A stretch of 64,000 bases of DNA from Eledone cirrhosa (GCA_964016885.1 OZ024743.1:360096001-360160000), one strand, 5' to 3'. Counted from the first letter of the stretch, positions 26,076-41,300 are shown. Translations and numbers: made by a program. The notes: a model not told the origin generated them from the sequence alone.

Positions 26076-26120
<45 letters not shown>

Positions 26121-26232
26121 CGAAGGAAATGTGGTAAGGAACCAGGTGGACCATAACGTACCAAAGTACTCATTACTTAGGGTAGTAGAGTGGGTAATAG
26201 GAACCAGTAAGACCCCTGGGGTCTTACTGGCT

Positions 26233-26276
<44 letters not shown>

Positions 26277-26455
26277 CATACTCCAAGAATTACCTTCATT
26301 GAACCTACGGTTGATCACCACGGAAAAACTAAGAAAAGCGATTCATATGTTGAGCCACAAACCACTGTTTGTTAACATAGTCCTCGATTTCAAGTGACAC
26401 ATTCAAATAACAGAAACTGATTACTGCTATAATCGCTAACTCTGTCTCTGTCCTT

Positions 26456-26580
<125 letters not shown>

Positions 26581-27428
26581 AATGTCAGTATATATGTATA
26601 GTAAGAGGTGCGCTGGCAGAATAAGTGTATGATAAATGTATATCTGTATATAAATACAGAGTGTGTAAGAGAGACTGCAAGAACATATATAAATATATAC
26701 ACGTTTTACGAGAGAATGTTATTATTTTTAGGCATGTAAACGTGCAAGAAAATATGAATATCCCTGTAAATTGAAAAATGATCTTTAATCGACTTTCGGA
26801 TTTGATTGAACCCGCATCAGCCACAAGGAAGCATATTATTATTATAAAATGGACATACTAATTTGCATATAATTAACGCCAGTGTTGGTAATCAATTAAG
26901 ATATATAGCAAGAGGTGCGCTAGCAGCTGAAGTGCATGATAAAGTTGTATCTGTATAAATACTGATGTATAAATATATATATGTTAATAGGTGAATGTTT
27001 ACTTCCTTTTATTTAAGATTGCAGAGTGAGTTCTGACTTCTATTTCTACCAGGTCAAGCCACAACGTAAGAGGCAGCCTCATTGATAGGTAATACATATT
27101 TTACTGGGTGGTGTTGGATATAATTGATGGAATGAATTAATATAACGTGTGTGTATGTTTTCTTATTCCTACATCACTCTGAGCCTAATATCTCTTCTCC
27201 TCTTTTAAATATTACTATGGAAGACGTTAAACACTTAGACATTTCTAACACACCTGTTTCTACCAATATAGTTACAGTTACCCAGACATACAGTAGTAAG
27301 AAACATTTATGTAGGGAAACATGTACTGAACAATGATCATTACACAGAAATATTTCAGAATATAGCTGTGAGATTTCTAAGATAAAGTATCCACACACAA
27401 AGATACACACATTAAAGACAAACGAAGT

Positions 27429-27525
27429 CACTGTGAAATATGTGGGAAATATTTTCTCTCCATATAGTAATCACACTGGAGAAAAACTCTTCCACTGTGA
27501 AATATGTAGGATATCTTTTACTCTC
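27429..27525 (+). pseudogene. C2H2 zinc-finger gene relic
   Basis: HCEICGKYF..*, then a frameshift, then HTGEKLFHCEICRISFT (Kruppel-type TGEK linker). Confidence 0.7.
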
Positions 27526-27699
27526 ATGCTGTGGAGAACGAGGTCAAAATTTTATGTTAATGGTGTCACTGTTAGTAACAAGAAATCTTAAAATTAAAAC
27601 TTAGTCACAAACAAATATAAAGCAGGAAATCAATACAGTACCGATATGATTGATTTATTTTTACTACCAGAGGAGACAACACCGTCGTGGCTTAATTGA

Positions 27700-28200
27700 G
27701 AAGGCCTATAGTGAAAACTGTTTCAGCCGCATGCCGAAAATGTTTATATTGTGTCATCATTGTGTTCTGCATCTGGTGCAGCTAGTCGTAGGATGCCACT
27801 CTTGATGTGGAACTTGTGCAGCCAGTCGTGTGAGTGACACTCTAGATAAATTCTGAGGTCAGCCATCTCAACTGGCCACTATTCTCCATCAGGCAAAGAA
27901 AGGTCTCGGTGTTGGGACCAGTCTTTGATGTTGTCGGATCAGGATTTTCTTTGTCTGCTTCTACTCCCCCATCCCCTCAACTGTTTTCTGAAGTATGTAC
28001 AAGGATTTCTGGCGGGGTACATGATCATACCAGAGGATCTTTCGTCCTTTCATCATTGCAAGACATGTTTCTTGTTAACTTGAAGCGTGAAAAAACTATT
28101 TGTTTTATGCTCCGAGTATGGGATGTGTAGCTACCTTCTGTAGCCCTTGTGGTCCGTGTACAAGTTGTGTAGCAACTTTCTGAAGCACTTGTGTTGAATG
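27700..28200 (-). mobile_element. Decayed RTE-clade LINE 3' fragment
   Basis: Remnants MKGRKILWYDHV..TVEG..SDNIKDW, typical of the RTE C-terminus. Confidence 0.55.
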
Positions 28201-30875
28201 ATTGGTCGCTTCGATCTACGTCAGCTGTGAGAGTTCAATTTTCCATATTCGTACGTCAATATTCTTTAAGACAGCCGGCCACTACGAAAATCATAACTGC
28301 GTGAGAGGCAAACAAATGACCGTTTAGGAGATAACGTGGCCTACTAGAACAATCTTTCTTAAATTACAACCTACTTTTAATAACCAGAATCATTGATATT
28401 TACGTCATCCTTGATTGAGCATCCTCTGAACGTCTTATCGTTTTCCTAAATATAGTGTAAAACTATATCTATATTCAATGAAGTATTTTTAAATAGGTTA
28501 AGTGAGATTTCAAGGAGATTTTGCTTTTGATATTTAATGTTGTATGTTAAGCAACCACATTACATGGTCTTGGCTTCATATTTAAATTTATAACAGTAGT
28601 ATACAACTTGTAGCAGAAATAAGTGATAAATAAAACTAAATATGTTCCTGCATTCCAGCCAGATCATCTTTGCTACGTCTTTTCTGAGAGAAAATAGCCG
28701 ATGAATAATAGTTCAAATTCCTTCTTTTTCTTCAATACTTTATTTGTAATCACGTTATTGGATTTGCAGTGGTCTTGATGTAAGATGTTCAGACGAGATG
28801 CAAAACATTTATATTTCACTTACTATTGGTCAGTAAAATTTAGCAAGTTAGTGAGTAGCATTGTCATATGCTATCAACATTGCCGCTGCGAATGCCAACA
28901 TACTGATCCCGTTTGGCACGAGCTTTACAATAGTAGTTTTCTATTTCGTTAAAAGCATATGACTAACTTGTAAGTTGCTAGACTACAGTTTTATAATACT
29001 GTTCTAATATATTCACATTTTATTGTATATATATCATGGGACCTTATCCAAATCTCATTTAATCAGTTTATGTAGTATGTTAGTATTTAACTTTTCACCC
29101 CAGATTTTTTTCTAGAAAGTATCCAACATATTTCGGAAAAGTATATTGGGACTTTCAGTAGTCTTCAATTTATTCGAATCATGTATTTCGATTAAATGTG
29201 TTATAAATATTTCTATTGGGTATTTTCTTGTTACCGAAGGTTCCTACTTGTAGTTGTAACTATTTTAAAAGGCTGCAGGTATACAATGTTTCTGAAATCG
29301 CATGCCATATTCACGTGACATTTCAATTCTATATTTCAGTTTTGTCAGCAGTTCATTTTTATACTACACTTAACAATCTCTCCAGCGAACGATGTAGATT
29401 AATACATTTTATATTTTACTTTTGTATATCCAGTTTAACACATTTTTAGTTTCAATGATAGCAGAAAAATGATGCTTGACACTTAAGGAAAGAGATATTT
29501 ACAGTTTAATTGCAAGATTGTTAATGTTCTTATCTCCTAGATACTGTAATTTTCTCTCAACTTCATTAATAACTATTATCATCAACTTGGTAGGTGCATT
29601 ATTAATGATGGCAAGATAAAGTTTTGTAAATCAATACTTTGCAGGAACGTTTATATTTCATATCAATTTTAAGCTCTGTATACTATTTTTCCACACTACC
29701 CTCAAATATAATTAATGTCACAATTATTTTAATATTCTGCTTACTGGAAGTTGCATTTCTTATCTAGAGTAGATATTGCAACTTAGAAGAGAGATTACAA
29801 TCGATAAACTGACACGTATGGCGACAGAATATCGTGAGGGTTTAAACCATTGGACAAATCTTGTCGTTTAATCACAGATCAGAGCTAAAAGCAGGGAACT
29901 ATCCAGTCTTTGATTTTCTGTCATTCAGTGACTTCTTTTCTGTAACGGTAAATTGGGACTTAACATGGTGGTGATGGTTTTGATACGGTTGGTGGTGAGG
30001 CGGAGAAAAGGACGAGAAATAAGAGCAAGATGCGGACGATAATTATATTTAGCTTCATGTCAGCCAGGATCGAGTAAACAAATTTGGTTTATGTAATTGG
30101 CTGAATTTTTTATATCTGATCCATATCTATGTTTGATCAGAATAGGTTGTGTCTCTGCTGGATCAACTATGCTATGCGATTCTGCACACACTGAGTTCTC
30201 GTATTTGATACAATACTACGTTCCACGAATATCACTCGATTCTTACAAACGGAGAAGTTACATGTACGGAGTGATTGAACCTGCTAGAAATAGCAGCCAG
30301 ATGTCTCTCAAATCCCAAATGCTGGCCTTAAGGAATGACAGATTCAGTTGGTCGTTCAACTGATTGTCCAATATTTATACGGACATGCACTGTCTGCTAT
30401 CGATATAACACCATATCTGTAGACTGTTCCCGGATCGAATTTTCTATTTCTATCTTCTATTTTATCTTTATCTCATATGTTCCATCCTTTGTTTGGGTTC
30501 AACGTTTGCAGAATTATGTACTAGGATTGTGTAATCGCCTAGTCTTGCACCATAATGGAATAATAGAGCGGGGCCATTGAAATATGCATTGTGATTTCGC
30601 GGAATTAAAATTCTAAATTAACATTTCCAATCCGGCCTTCTGTTGCTGTTTTAATGAATACAGTCACACACATTTCTATGTGCTTTGTAGTTGATTTGCT
30701 ATAAACTGATGTTTTGTCTCTTGTCCTTTACTCCACTGGACAGCGTTCGTAAGACGCTGTGACTGTGGATGAACCAGCAGTAACGTTGGTAGGGGTTGAA
30801 AATGCCCAAGTCCATCTCAACGGCCGATGGGTAATGTGTCTTCATTCATATTTCTTTTTTTAGATATTGTTTAAG

Positions 30876-30985
<110 letters not shown>

Positions 30986-31431
30986 CACATTATCTATGTG
31001 CTAGGTGATTTGAGAGATTGGAAAAAGTGGGAATGGCAAATCCCAAAAATAACTGTAACAACAGTGGATCGGTATAATGTAATAGCTTACACAATCATGT
31101 AAACTATATTTAAAGATAGAAAATGTTAGCCATTATGCTAAGAAGCAGTTAACCTGGAATTCCGTCAAAGTTAAGGTGCTATACTAAGTAACTGTTTCCC
31201 AAACCGGAAGTAAACACATTTTATGAATACTCATCGCATACCAATATATATATATATATAGGAAAAGTGTCAGAACTCGGACGGCAGAGCTCAAGCCGTT
31301 TTGACAGCTATTTCTGGCCTGAGCTCTGCCGGCGGGGTTCTGACTTTTTTCCTATCACCCACTCTACTACCCTAAGTATCGAGTATTTAGGTGCGTTATG
31401 GTCCACCAGGTTCCTTACCACACTTCCTTCG

Positions 31432-31497
<66 letters not shown>

Positions 31498-31694
31498 AGC
31501 ACTAGATGTTTAGGTTCACGTCAGTTTCGAGGTGTAGAGCTAGACAGAGTGTAATATAAGTTTATCATTACTACTACAGATCTTTTGATTCCAGAGTCGG
31601 ACCAGATCGATACGGATCGACGAACCTTGAACTGATCAGTAGCGATCGTGCGTCACCAACCGATAAACGTAATGAATTAGTAACCATTCGTCCT

Positions 31695-31729
<35 letters not shown>

Positions 31730-31731
<2 letters not shown>

Positions 31732-32553
31732 AAGTCCAAAATTAAGATAAATCAATTAAATGAATTTAATCTAAATCGAAATCATGGGTTTCATGACAAA
31801 AAGCATGCGCCAAGAAATCCTGAGAATTAAGCTCAAAGATAAATACATCTGAGCATATTATAATAACTAGAGATTGATTAACATATAAAAATACATGAAT
31901 AATCACAGGAGATAATTCAAGCTTGCGTGTAACCGCGCATAGCTAGTTTAGGCAATATTTACCTTTAATAGTGATTAACATTCCTTGTATATATCCCATT
32001 AAAGAAATATATTTCACCAATTAATCAGATGGTAAGTCACGGAAAGTGGATATTATTGGATTGTCAACAAGGAATTGATAATAAATCCAGCTATTCGAGC
32101 TTACAGGGCGAGATCAAATCTTCAACTATCCGTTACCACGTGTTGCGTCTACACAAGATAGCGGTTTCGTTTCACTGTAGAGCTATTTCTGTTGAGAAGA
32201 ATTTTGGCTGCCTTTTCTAGTTGTCGAAAACCTTTTCACGCCACTGAAACGAAACCGCTATCTTGTGTAGACGCAACACGTGGTAACGGATAGTTGAAGA
32301 TTTGATCTCGCCCTGTAAGCTCGAATAGCTGGATTTATTATCAATTCCTTGTTGACAATCCAATAATATCCACTTTCCGTGACTTACCATCTGATTAATT
32401 GGTGAAATATATTTCTTTAATGGGATATATACAAGGAATGTTAATCACTATTAAAGGTAAATATTGCCTAAACTAGCTATGCGCGGTTACACGCAAGCTT
32501 GAATTATCTCCTGTGATTATTCATGTATTTTTATATGTTAATCAATCTCTAGT

Positions 32554-32560
<7 letters not shown>
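31730..32560. repeat. Inverted repeat with 316-bp arms (31859-32174 and 32245-32560), 70-bp spacer and 130-bp one-sided tail
   Basis: Arms appear identical by eye. (TA)n on both sides. Confidence 0.95.
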
Positions 32561-32607
<47 letters not shown>

Positions 32608-33047
32608 CAAATATATAAACACAAATATATAAACACAAACCCTCCATCTCAATTCTAATTTTGAAAAGCATGAGAACTGTGAAACTGGTAAAGGAAACAA
32701 ATAAATATTCTTAAAAAGACTCCAGTTTCATTTTCAATTTCATCTTTTTTCCTCATACATTCACTCGTGTAGTACATCTCGTTTTTTTTTCATTAAAAAA
32801 AACACCTCATTTTCTTTAATATATATATATATATATATATAAGTATGTACACGTACATACATATATGTATACAGACGTACAGTAGTATGTATATATATAT
32901 ATACATACATGCACACATATATATATGTAGGTATAGATTCAACGATCATTCATTATAATGTTCGGTGTGTTTGTAAACAAATATCCCGTATTAAGCCGTA
33001 GTGTCCAGCAACCATCGTTGCTCGTTTGTTCAACACTGACAAAGGAA

Positions 33048-33088
33048 CGCTGTACTAGTTTCAAGCTTATTAGCTATCGTCAGCAACG
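33048..33088 (-). ncRNA. Type I hammerhead ribozyme (R1)
   Basis: cgttg-CTGACGA-tagct-aata-agctt-GAAA-ctag-TA-cagcg. Confidence 0.9.
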
Positions 33089-33398
33089 TATACCTTCCTG
33101 CCAGATTGTTGAACGCATATATTACCGTATGCATATTAACGGCTGAGTAGCCCAATTTGCGTATCGAGTGGGTTAATCGGCCGGGTGCACCGAAAACGAT
33201 ATACGGAAAAAATGAAACGAAATTTCATTTCCCACGCTTAGTACGGCTGTTACTTAAATATAAGTATGCACACGTACATACATATATGTATACAGACGTA
33301 CAGTAGTATGTATATATATATACATACATGCACACATATATATATATGTACGTATGGATTCAGCGAACATTCATTATAATGCTCGGTGTGTTTATAAA

Positions 33399-33439
33399 CG
33401 TTGCTGAGGATAGCTAATAAGCTTGAAACTAGTACAGCG
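33399..33439 (+). ncRNA. Type I hammerhead ribozyme (R1)
   Basis: cgttg-CTGAGGA-tagct-aata-agctt-GAAA-ctag-TA-cagcg. Confidence 0.9.
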
Positions 33440-33824
33440 TTCCTTTGTCAGTGTTGAACAAACGAGCAACGATGGTTGCTGGAGACTACGGCTTAATACG
33501 GCATGTTTGTTTACAAACACACCGAGCATTATAATGAATGTTCGGTGAATCCATACGTACATATATATATGTGTGCATGTATATATATATATATATATAT
33601 AGATACTACTGTACGTCTGTATACATATATGTATGTACGTGTACATACTTATATTTAAGTAACAGCCGTACTAAGAGTGGGAACTGAAATTTCGTTTCAT
33701 TTTCTCCGTTTATCGTGTTCTGTGCACCCGGCCGATGAACCCACTCGATATGCAAATTGGGCTACTCAGCTGTTAATATGCATAAGGTAAGTATATACGT
33801 TCAACAATCTTGCAGGAAGGTATA

Positions 33825-33865
33825 CGTTGCTGACGATAGCTAATAAGCTTGAAACTAGTACAGCG
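33825..33865 (+). ncRNA. Type I hammerhead ribozyme (R1)
   Basis: cgttg-CTGACGA-tagct-aata-agctt-GAAA-ctag-TA-cagcg. Confidence 0.9.
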
Positions 33866-34130
33866 TTCCTTTGTCAGTGTTCAACAAACGAGCAACGATG
33901 GTTGCTGGACACTGCGGCTTAATACGGAATGTTTGTTTACAAACACACCGAGCATTATAATGAATGTTCGGTGAATCCATACGTACATATATATATGTGT
34001 GCATGTATGTATATATATATATATACTACTGTACGTATGTATACATATATACATGTACGTGTACATACTTATATTTAAGTAACAGCCGTACTAAGAGTGG
34101 GAAATGAAATTTCGTTTCATTTTTTCCGTT

Positions 34131-34241
<111 letters not shown>

Positions 34242-34389
34242 TTACATATATTATTATCAACATGTATAGTGTGTGTGTGTATGTATGCATTACGAGCCAC
34301 CTATAACATCTAGTTACTAGTGTCAACATGTTTCAGTGGGCGGGGCTCAGATATGAAGATATGTGTATATATATATGTGTGTGTGTGTC

Positions 34390-34441
<52 letters not shown>

Positions 34442-34469
34442 CACAGAAACAAAAAATAAAGGAATCCCC

Positions 34470-34514
34470 AGTCACTGAAGAGGTCACAGAGTGTGTGACG
34501 AAAGGACTATGACT
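34470..34514 (+). ncRNA. Type I hammerhead ribozyme in a ~230-bp TA-flanked insertion (34440-34668)
   Basis: agtca-CTGAAGA-g-gtcaca-gagtg-tgtgac-GAAA-ggac-TA-tgact. Confidence 0.75.
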
Positions 34515-34671
34515 ATATATAAACAACTATCTGGTTGTGGAACCAACCAACCAACCAGAAATGTATAGATTTATAAACTTGTAAATTTATAAATATATAA
34601 TAAACTGAAGTGAAAGCAACTGGTGCGTGTGTTTCTTATTGGCAACATTACCCTCCCAAAGTATAACAATA

Positions 34672-34756
<85 letters not shown>

Positions 34757-34757
<1 letters not shown>

Positions 34758-35040
34758 TTAGAAATTAGAAATTATAAGCTTTCACCGTATTTTAGATTAA
34801 AGAAATTTCTAGCCTGATAGTGGGGTTTATAACCCTCGGAGAAATGGAAAAAGATGAGTGTTGCTATGTACAGCAACACTCATCTTTTTCCATTTCTCCG
34901 AGCGTTATAAACCCCACTATCAGGCTATAAATTTCTTTAGTCTAAAATACGGTGAAAGCTTATAATTTCTAATTTCTAATTTCAAACTCGCGCACCGTTT
35001 CAAAAACATACTTACATGTTTACGTTTATAATTTGCTTGT
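34757..35040. repeat. Palindrome (~109-bp arms, 6-bp loop at 34866-34871) with 60-bp tail
   Basis: 34757-34865 versus 34872-34980 with few mismatches. TA flanks. Confidence 0.9.
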
Positions 35041-35557
35041 ATATATATATATATATATACACGTATTCATACATTTTAGAAACCTAGTATCGCCCAGATG
35101 CATAACAGAGATGTTAGAGAGGGTGAGAAAGTGGAAGACAAAGAGAGGAAAATGAAAGAAAATCATACAAAATTACTATAATAGTATTAACGATAGAATA
35201 ATTCGGAGATACATGGGGGAAAAAATAATTAACATTAATTAACCAAGTTCAAAATTTGTTATCAAAGATGAAGTTACAGAGTCAATGATCATCTGTAATC
35301 TTTGTAATGAGTTAATAGATGAATTTTTTGTTTCTTTAAAAAATGTTGAATCATTCGTAAACATATTGTAGATAAATGGTGTCGCAAATCGATAACGTAA
35401 ATTATTTTTATATTTCAACTTATCTACGCATTGCATCATCACTAATTTCATGCCGATAATTATGTATGTATGTATGTTATCTCTTTCTCTTAATTTCGAG
35501 TATATTTTTTTGACCGGCCACCTTCCTGGTGGCAAGGTTGTAAAAGAAAAGTAATTG

Positions 35558-36480
35558 TCATCCCTTGAATCGCAAGAATGTTTTGCAAATTTTGAAGGTG
35601 CCAGCTATCGCAGCCATTTGTTGACTACGAATTAGGGAGCTGCGCTTTTTGTCCGCAAATCCAAGTTCAGTCATACTTTGGTCCAAGCGGGTTCGTATAT
35701 AACCCGTAGCTCCAATAATGATGGGTATGAAGCTAAAGGTGTATCTTGGATACTGGATTTGTAAACTCCTCATCAATGGTCGTAGATGTCCTCCTTCTCC
35801 TGTATTATTCTGACAACGTTTACACAAGAGGGCACCAGATCTCGACAACAGAACACGTTTTCAATGTGTGGTCCCAAACAATATCAGGCCGGTTGTGCTT
35901 TAATCTGGTGGCAGTTTTTATTTTTAGGTTCCACCAGTATTCCTTAGTGCCATCTGTCTCAATATATTCTTCCTCATTTGTTGTTAATTTTGTTTTCCGA
36001 AGTGCGTTCCAGATGGTTCTAGCTATCCCATCGTGTCTCATGGGGAGGTAGTAGCGAGATGACATTCTTTCGCAGCTGGCAACAATGTGGCTTACATCCT
36101 CGATCTTTGTTTTACATAGCCTACATTTATTGTCAGCTGCTGGCCCTCCCCTTTTGTGCAGCAGATATTTGGTAGGGAGTTCTGTTTCCTGTATTGCATA
36201 GAGATCTCCCGCAAGGTGTGATGTCATAAACTTGTCGGAACTCCATGCCAGGCTTTTTGAGTGGTTTATCCCCTCTATGGACTGTGTTTTACGTCTCAAG
36301 TATCCATGCACTACTTTTTCTGTAAATTGGTCAATTTTGTCATCTTGTTTGAACATTGAAAAGGATCTTCCGATTTCTCTGGGTGAGAGATTTATATCAG
36401 GCTTTATTCCATATCTCTCCTCCAGATCAGTCGCTATTCTAATGATATTTTTTTTTCATGCTCATAAACCTGGGCAAGAT
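35558..36480 (-). mobile_element. R4/Dong-like RLE non-LTR retrotransposon 3' fragment
   Basis: AIQE..CRLC...IEDVSHIVASC..YLPMRHD..KHNRPDIV.D..VVEI.CP..FIPIIIGATG (CCHC knuckle plus PD-D/E nuclease), frameshifted. Confidence 0.85.
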
Positions 36481-36499
36481 GGTTGCCAACCTTTTTCCT

Positions 36500-36680
36500 C
36501 TGTTGAAGGTGTTGCTTCAGTCTGTTGAAGGTGCTGCTTCAGTCTGTTGAAGGTGTTGCTTCATGCATGTATGTATGCATGTATGTATGCATGTATGTAT
36601 GCATGTATGTATGCATGTATGTATACATGTATGCATGTATGTATGTATGTATGTATGTATGTATGTAGGTATGTATGTAT
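36500..36680. repeat. 22-bp tandem x3 (ctgttgaaggtgYtgcttcagt) followed by (GCATGTATGTAT)n and (ATGT)n
   Basis: Direct reading of the sequence. Confidence 0.9.
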
Positions 36681-38271
36681 GCTCATATGGATGTATATTC
36701 TTTATTGCAGTTTTACGCCGCCACCTGCTCTTTCATAATGTTGTAATGTTTAGGTCAGTAACTTTCCTGGGGAATGAGCCCTGCGAGGTGGGTTGGCTGT
36801 TGCAGTGGGTATCACTGGTCATTGTACGCGAAATGACTCTCCAGTTTTATCCGTTGGTCTCAGCCGAAAAAAACCGCCCCACCCTAGGCATAGAGCCTAT
36901 CATTCTCCCTTTCTTCCATGGCCTACTAGTCCTTGCATTCTTCCTCCCTTTCCTTTCATTTAAATCATTTGTAATTCTTTCCTCTTATTTCCCATACACC
37001 CGGATATGCCCTTCTTTACCACTATCCTAACTTAATTTTTTTTTTATCTTCTTTTTTTTCTTCATATTTCCATTATTGTATAACTTCATCTTGTAAAATG
37101 TAGTTGAGATAATATGTTACAGAAAATTATTTTCATAATGTGCATAATGATTCAGTCACTTACTTAAGAGAATATATTGCAAATGTTTTAATGTGCTATG
37201 GCAGATATGATCATTTATTGAGTTTAAGACAAGCAATTGCTTTCCTTTTTTAAGAAAGATAAGCTATATATAAATCCACTTGGGCTTTCACACGATATGT
37301 TACTCTAATTATAATAGTTATACATCTGAAAACGTACATCTTGTTCGTGATTTGTGGAACCATCTGCAGGGGTCCTGATATCTATTGACTTTAATTGGGT
37401 AACCGACTTTAACAACAGGGTATTTCTGTACTTTCTGGAAATGAACGTAAATTTCACGTCGGTTGTGTATTAATTATTTTGTTGATTTTAATTAATATTA
37501 GTTAATTCATATTCTTGTTATTCATCAACCGCAATAGTTTGCTCAGCCTGTCACATCCTGTTTTATAATGAAACTAATATTTCGTGTGTACTTTCTTACA
37601 AATGACAATAATGTGGCTAATGTCCTCAGTTTTGTAAGCCTGCATTTGCCATCAGCAGCAATTTTCACGTTCTTGCATTTCATGAAGGATACGCCCCGTG
37701 TCCCTTATCAAGCTTATAGTGTGTGCTGTTTTTCTCTTATAGTGTCTGTGTTTTTATTTTGTTATCTCATGTCTAACCTCCTCGATGAACAGTCTGTATT
37801 ATGTACTTGTTGTGTTAAGTAGGATTTTCAAATCTCTCTTAGAGAAATATTATTTTGAGTTGTCTTATTATTTTAATTTCATGTTTCACGTTAAATTCAT
37901 TAGCTACCCTAATGATATATTTTTTGTTTGCTTATGTACGAAATATTTACCGAGAAATCTTGTTTTTTACCGAAATATGCTTGTTGTAAATTGTAATTAG
38001 TAAGCCATGATTATTCTGCTGTTTCGTGACAATCACATATTACTCCTCTTTCCTTGTCAACGAGTCTATTATACTAGCCTGCTTACTGAGCAGCCAGTTT
38101 GAATAAGGTGAAATTTCGAAATCAGTCAATTTCTTTAATAATGAATGTTACATTCTACATCTTCATTGTGTTATTTATGCCACCAATTTTCATTCTTTTA
38201 TGCATTAATTCACGCTAAATTTTAATTATATACATGTGTATGTATGTGAGTATGGTTTGTTTATTTAGGTT

Positions 38272-38274
<3 letters not shown>

Positions 38275-38354
<80 letters not shown>
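38275..38354. repeat. (GT)n microsatellite
   Basis: Direct reading of the sequence. Confidence 0.99.
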
Positions 38355-38359
<5 letters not shown>

Positions 38360-40685
38360 CGTGCGTGCGTGTCTCGTGTGTGTATGTGAATAGTTTCCGT
38401 CAATGTCATTAGTGAGAGTCATAATACATGACGCGAAAATCGAAAGCCTCGCGATATTTGTTTTACACTGAGTTACAAAATATGCCTTTTGGTCACACAC
38501 TCCGTCGGAAATGCAATGAAATAATGATTGATTCGATGAAACCTTAGAACCAACCACTGAGTATGTAAACTTGAAGCAATATCATTGGTGTGTTTTAAGT
38601 ATAAAGCTTCTATCGTTGTCTAGTAGACAGATCATCATAAACGTTTCAAATGTGGTCATACTTTATTTTTTTCACTCTGAATTTGTGCGAATAAATTCAG
38701 TCTTTTCGTATTATAAAGACATAAGACCCACAGTCTCACTTACGTTTTATATATTTTGATACATAGGTAACTTCTCTCGCTCTCTCTCCCTCTCGCAGCG
38801 TTGCCAATTCCGGAAAAACAGAAGTAGAGAGAGAGAGAGAGAGAGAGACGTGGTGGAGAAAGAAAGGAAAACGTAACGCACATTGTCCTTTTCTCCAGAA
38901 AAGTTGAGAAAACCTGATGTGGCCCTGGAATTATCCACGGAAACTGGTGCGCAGCAGAGAATGGAACAGAAAGATAAAGTTACTTATGTGATCCGACTCT
39001 ATAATATTGCAAGTATTTATTCATCAGCCCCAGGATATGTAACTCCATCTCCAGTTTTATTAACTATAATATTAACAATCTCATGACAGATTTTCTCCCA
39101 CACCTATCAATCTGATTGAAATAGCAGCCAAATCTCACTCAATGCAAAACATGCCTTAAAACAAACGCAATAGAAAATGTAGTCTAGGGGGGTATAATAC
39201 CCAAGAAGTGGAATGATTGCCCCAGGATTTCTATTCACATATCTACTCGATAAGTGATATCCTAAATTTAATTGATAAAACATTAATGATGAAATTAGTT
39301 GGCTTTTTTTTTCCACACCTATAATCGGAACATGAAGAAACCTCAACATGAGTAGACACCTTTGTCATTGCTATGGGGATTCTGTGTCCCAGCTACCATC
39401 AAGTGTAATGCCAGAAAGAGCTTAATTTCCTCGTGCCTTCACCCATGCTGGATAGATGAACGTTTCGACGTCCGAAAAATGTGTTCTACTGGCCATGATG
39501 AACGGAACTGTACTGTAAAAATCTTTTGTTACAGGAGCAACAAAGAAAGTAATGACCACACATGCAAGTGATAGACTTTCATAGTCAAAGCCAGAACAGT
39601 GCCAGAGATTACGAACATTTCAACATGGCCCACATGACAGTAGATACAGTGGAAATTACATTGTGTGATACGAGGTTCGTACTTTTACCGACATTAATAT
39701 TTGCGCAAGGAATTTTGCTTCAGCGTCGACATAAACAGAGATTCCCTAGTAATAAATAATATTTTAACCAGCTGTATTCTTATCGATCCAGTTAAATGAG
39801 ATCATATGAGACAAAGCCTAACTGTGTGAACTTTGAGCTATTCGTCAAACAAAATCAGGAAAATAAAGCCTATAATTTCGCTAATATACCTTTGTCGTTG
39901 TGGCAGTCGCTCTAGTAATATCTAATGATTTATTTTTGTTAGGATTAATGCAGAATACTCACAAAGGCGAATAGAAAGCCACACAAGTAACAAATAATTG
40001 TCATATTTTGGATTATTACATAGTAGAAAATAAAATTAGGTTGTTAGCACAATTTCTTTGCAGTATGATTGAAATTGAAAGATCTAGGAAAATGCTAAAT
40101 TACAATCATATGTATAATGAAGTCTATAATTAGATGTATTTGAACATGGAAAGAAAGCTAATCCACTTTCAAAGTGTAGGAATTATTTCCGCCCTTACAC
40201 ATACAGGCACACCCCTAACATAGATATACTCATGCATGCATATACTTTCACACACATGCAGACAGAAGTTTACAAACACACACACACAAAAAGATCATAC
40301 TCACATGCCTGCATCTCTTACAGAATCATTTATGAATGTATTTTGCAACGGTAACAGAAAGTGCCGAAAGTATTCTCACCGTTTTCAATTAGGTTACATC
40401 ATAGTTTAACACGAGACAACAATGGAGCAATCAGATTATCATCAATTGGATGTAATGGTATATGTCTCATCTAGAAACTCAATTGAATTGTCTATTGTAC
40501 CTTACGGAGATCAGATTCATTTGTTACTTCCGCCGAAGCATTTAGCGAGGTCCACTATTACACACAAATTAGTAATTTACTGATGTTACATAGGCATAAT
40601 GTGAAAAAGAATGAAAAGTTCGTAATTCTTGTCAACGCACGCGCGCGCACACACCCACACACATCCACGTATATATATATGTATA

Positions 40686-41295
<610 letters not shown>

Positions 41296-41300
41296 GTATA

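Larger units (their letters stand above)
22361..26077 (+). mobile_element. 5'-truncated Naiad-type PLE (family B) with ~2.8-kb putative 3' UTR ending in an HHR and AATAAA
   Basis: Uninterrupted frame 22362-23276, terminal HHR at 25976, (TA)n at both ends. Continuity of the UTR is inferred. Confidence 0.7.

Noticed and set aside
36745-36895. HDV-like ribozyme upstream of the R4-like fragment (ccc-acctcgca-ggg, minus)
   Set aside because: The P3/L3-like piece is present, but no GG step or P2 partner was found.
38770-38990. Possible promoter or first exon near GA repeats
   Set aside because: No ORF similarity or splice evidence that can be supported from sequence alone.
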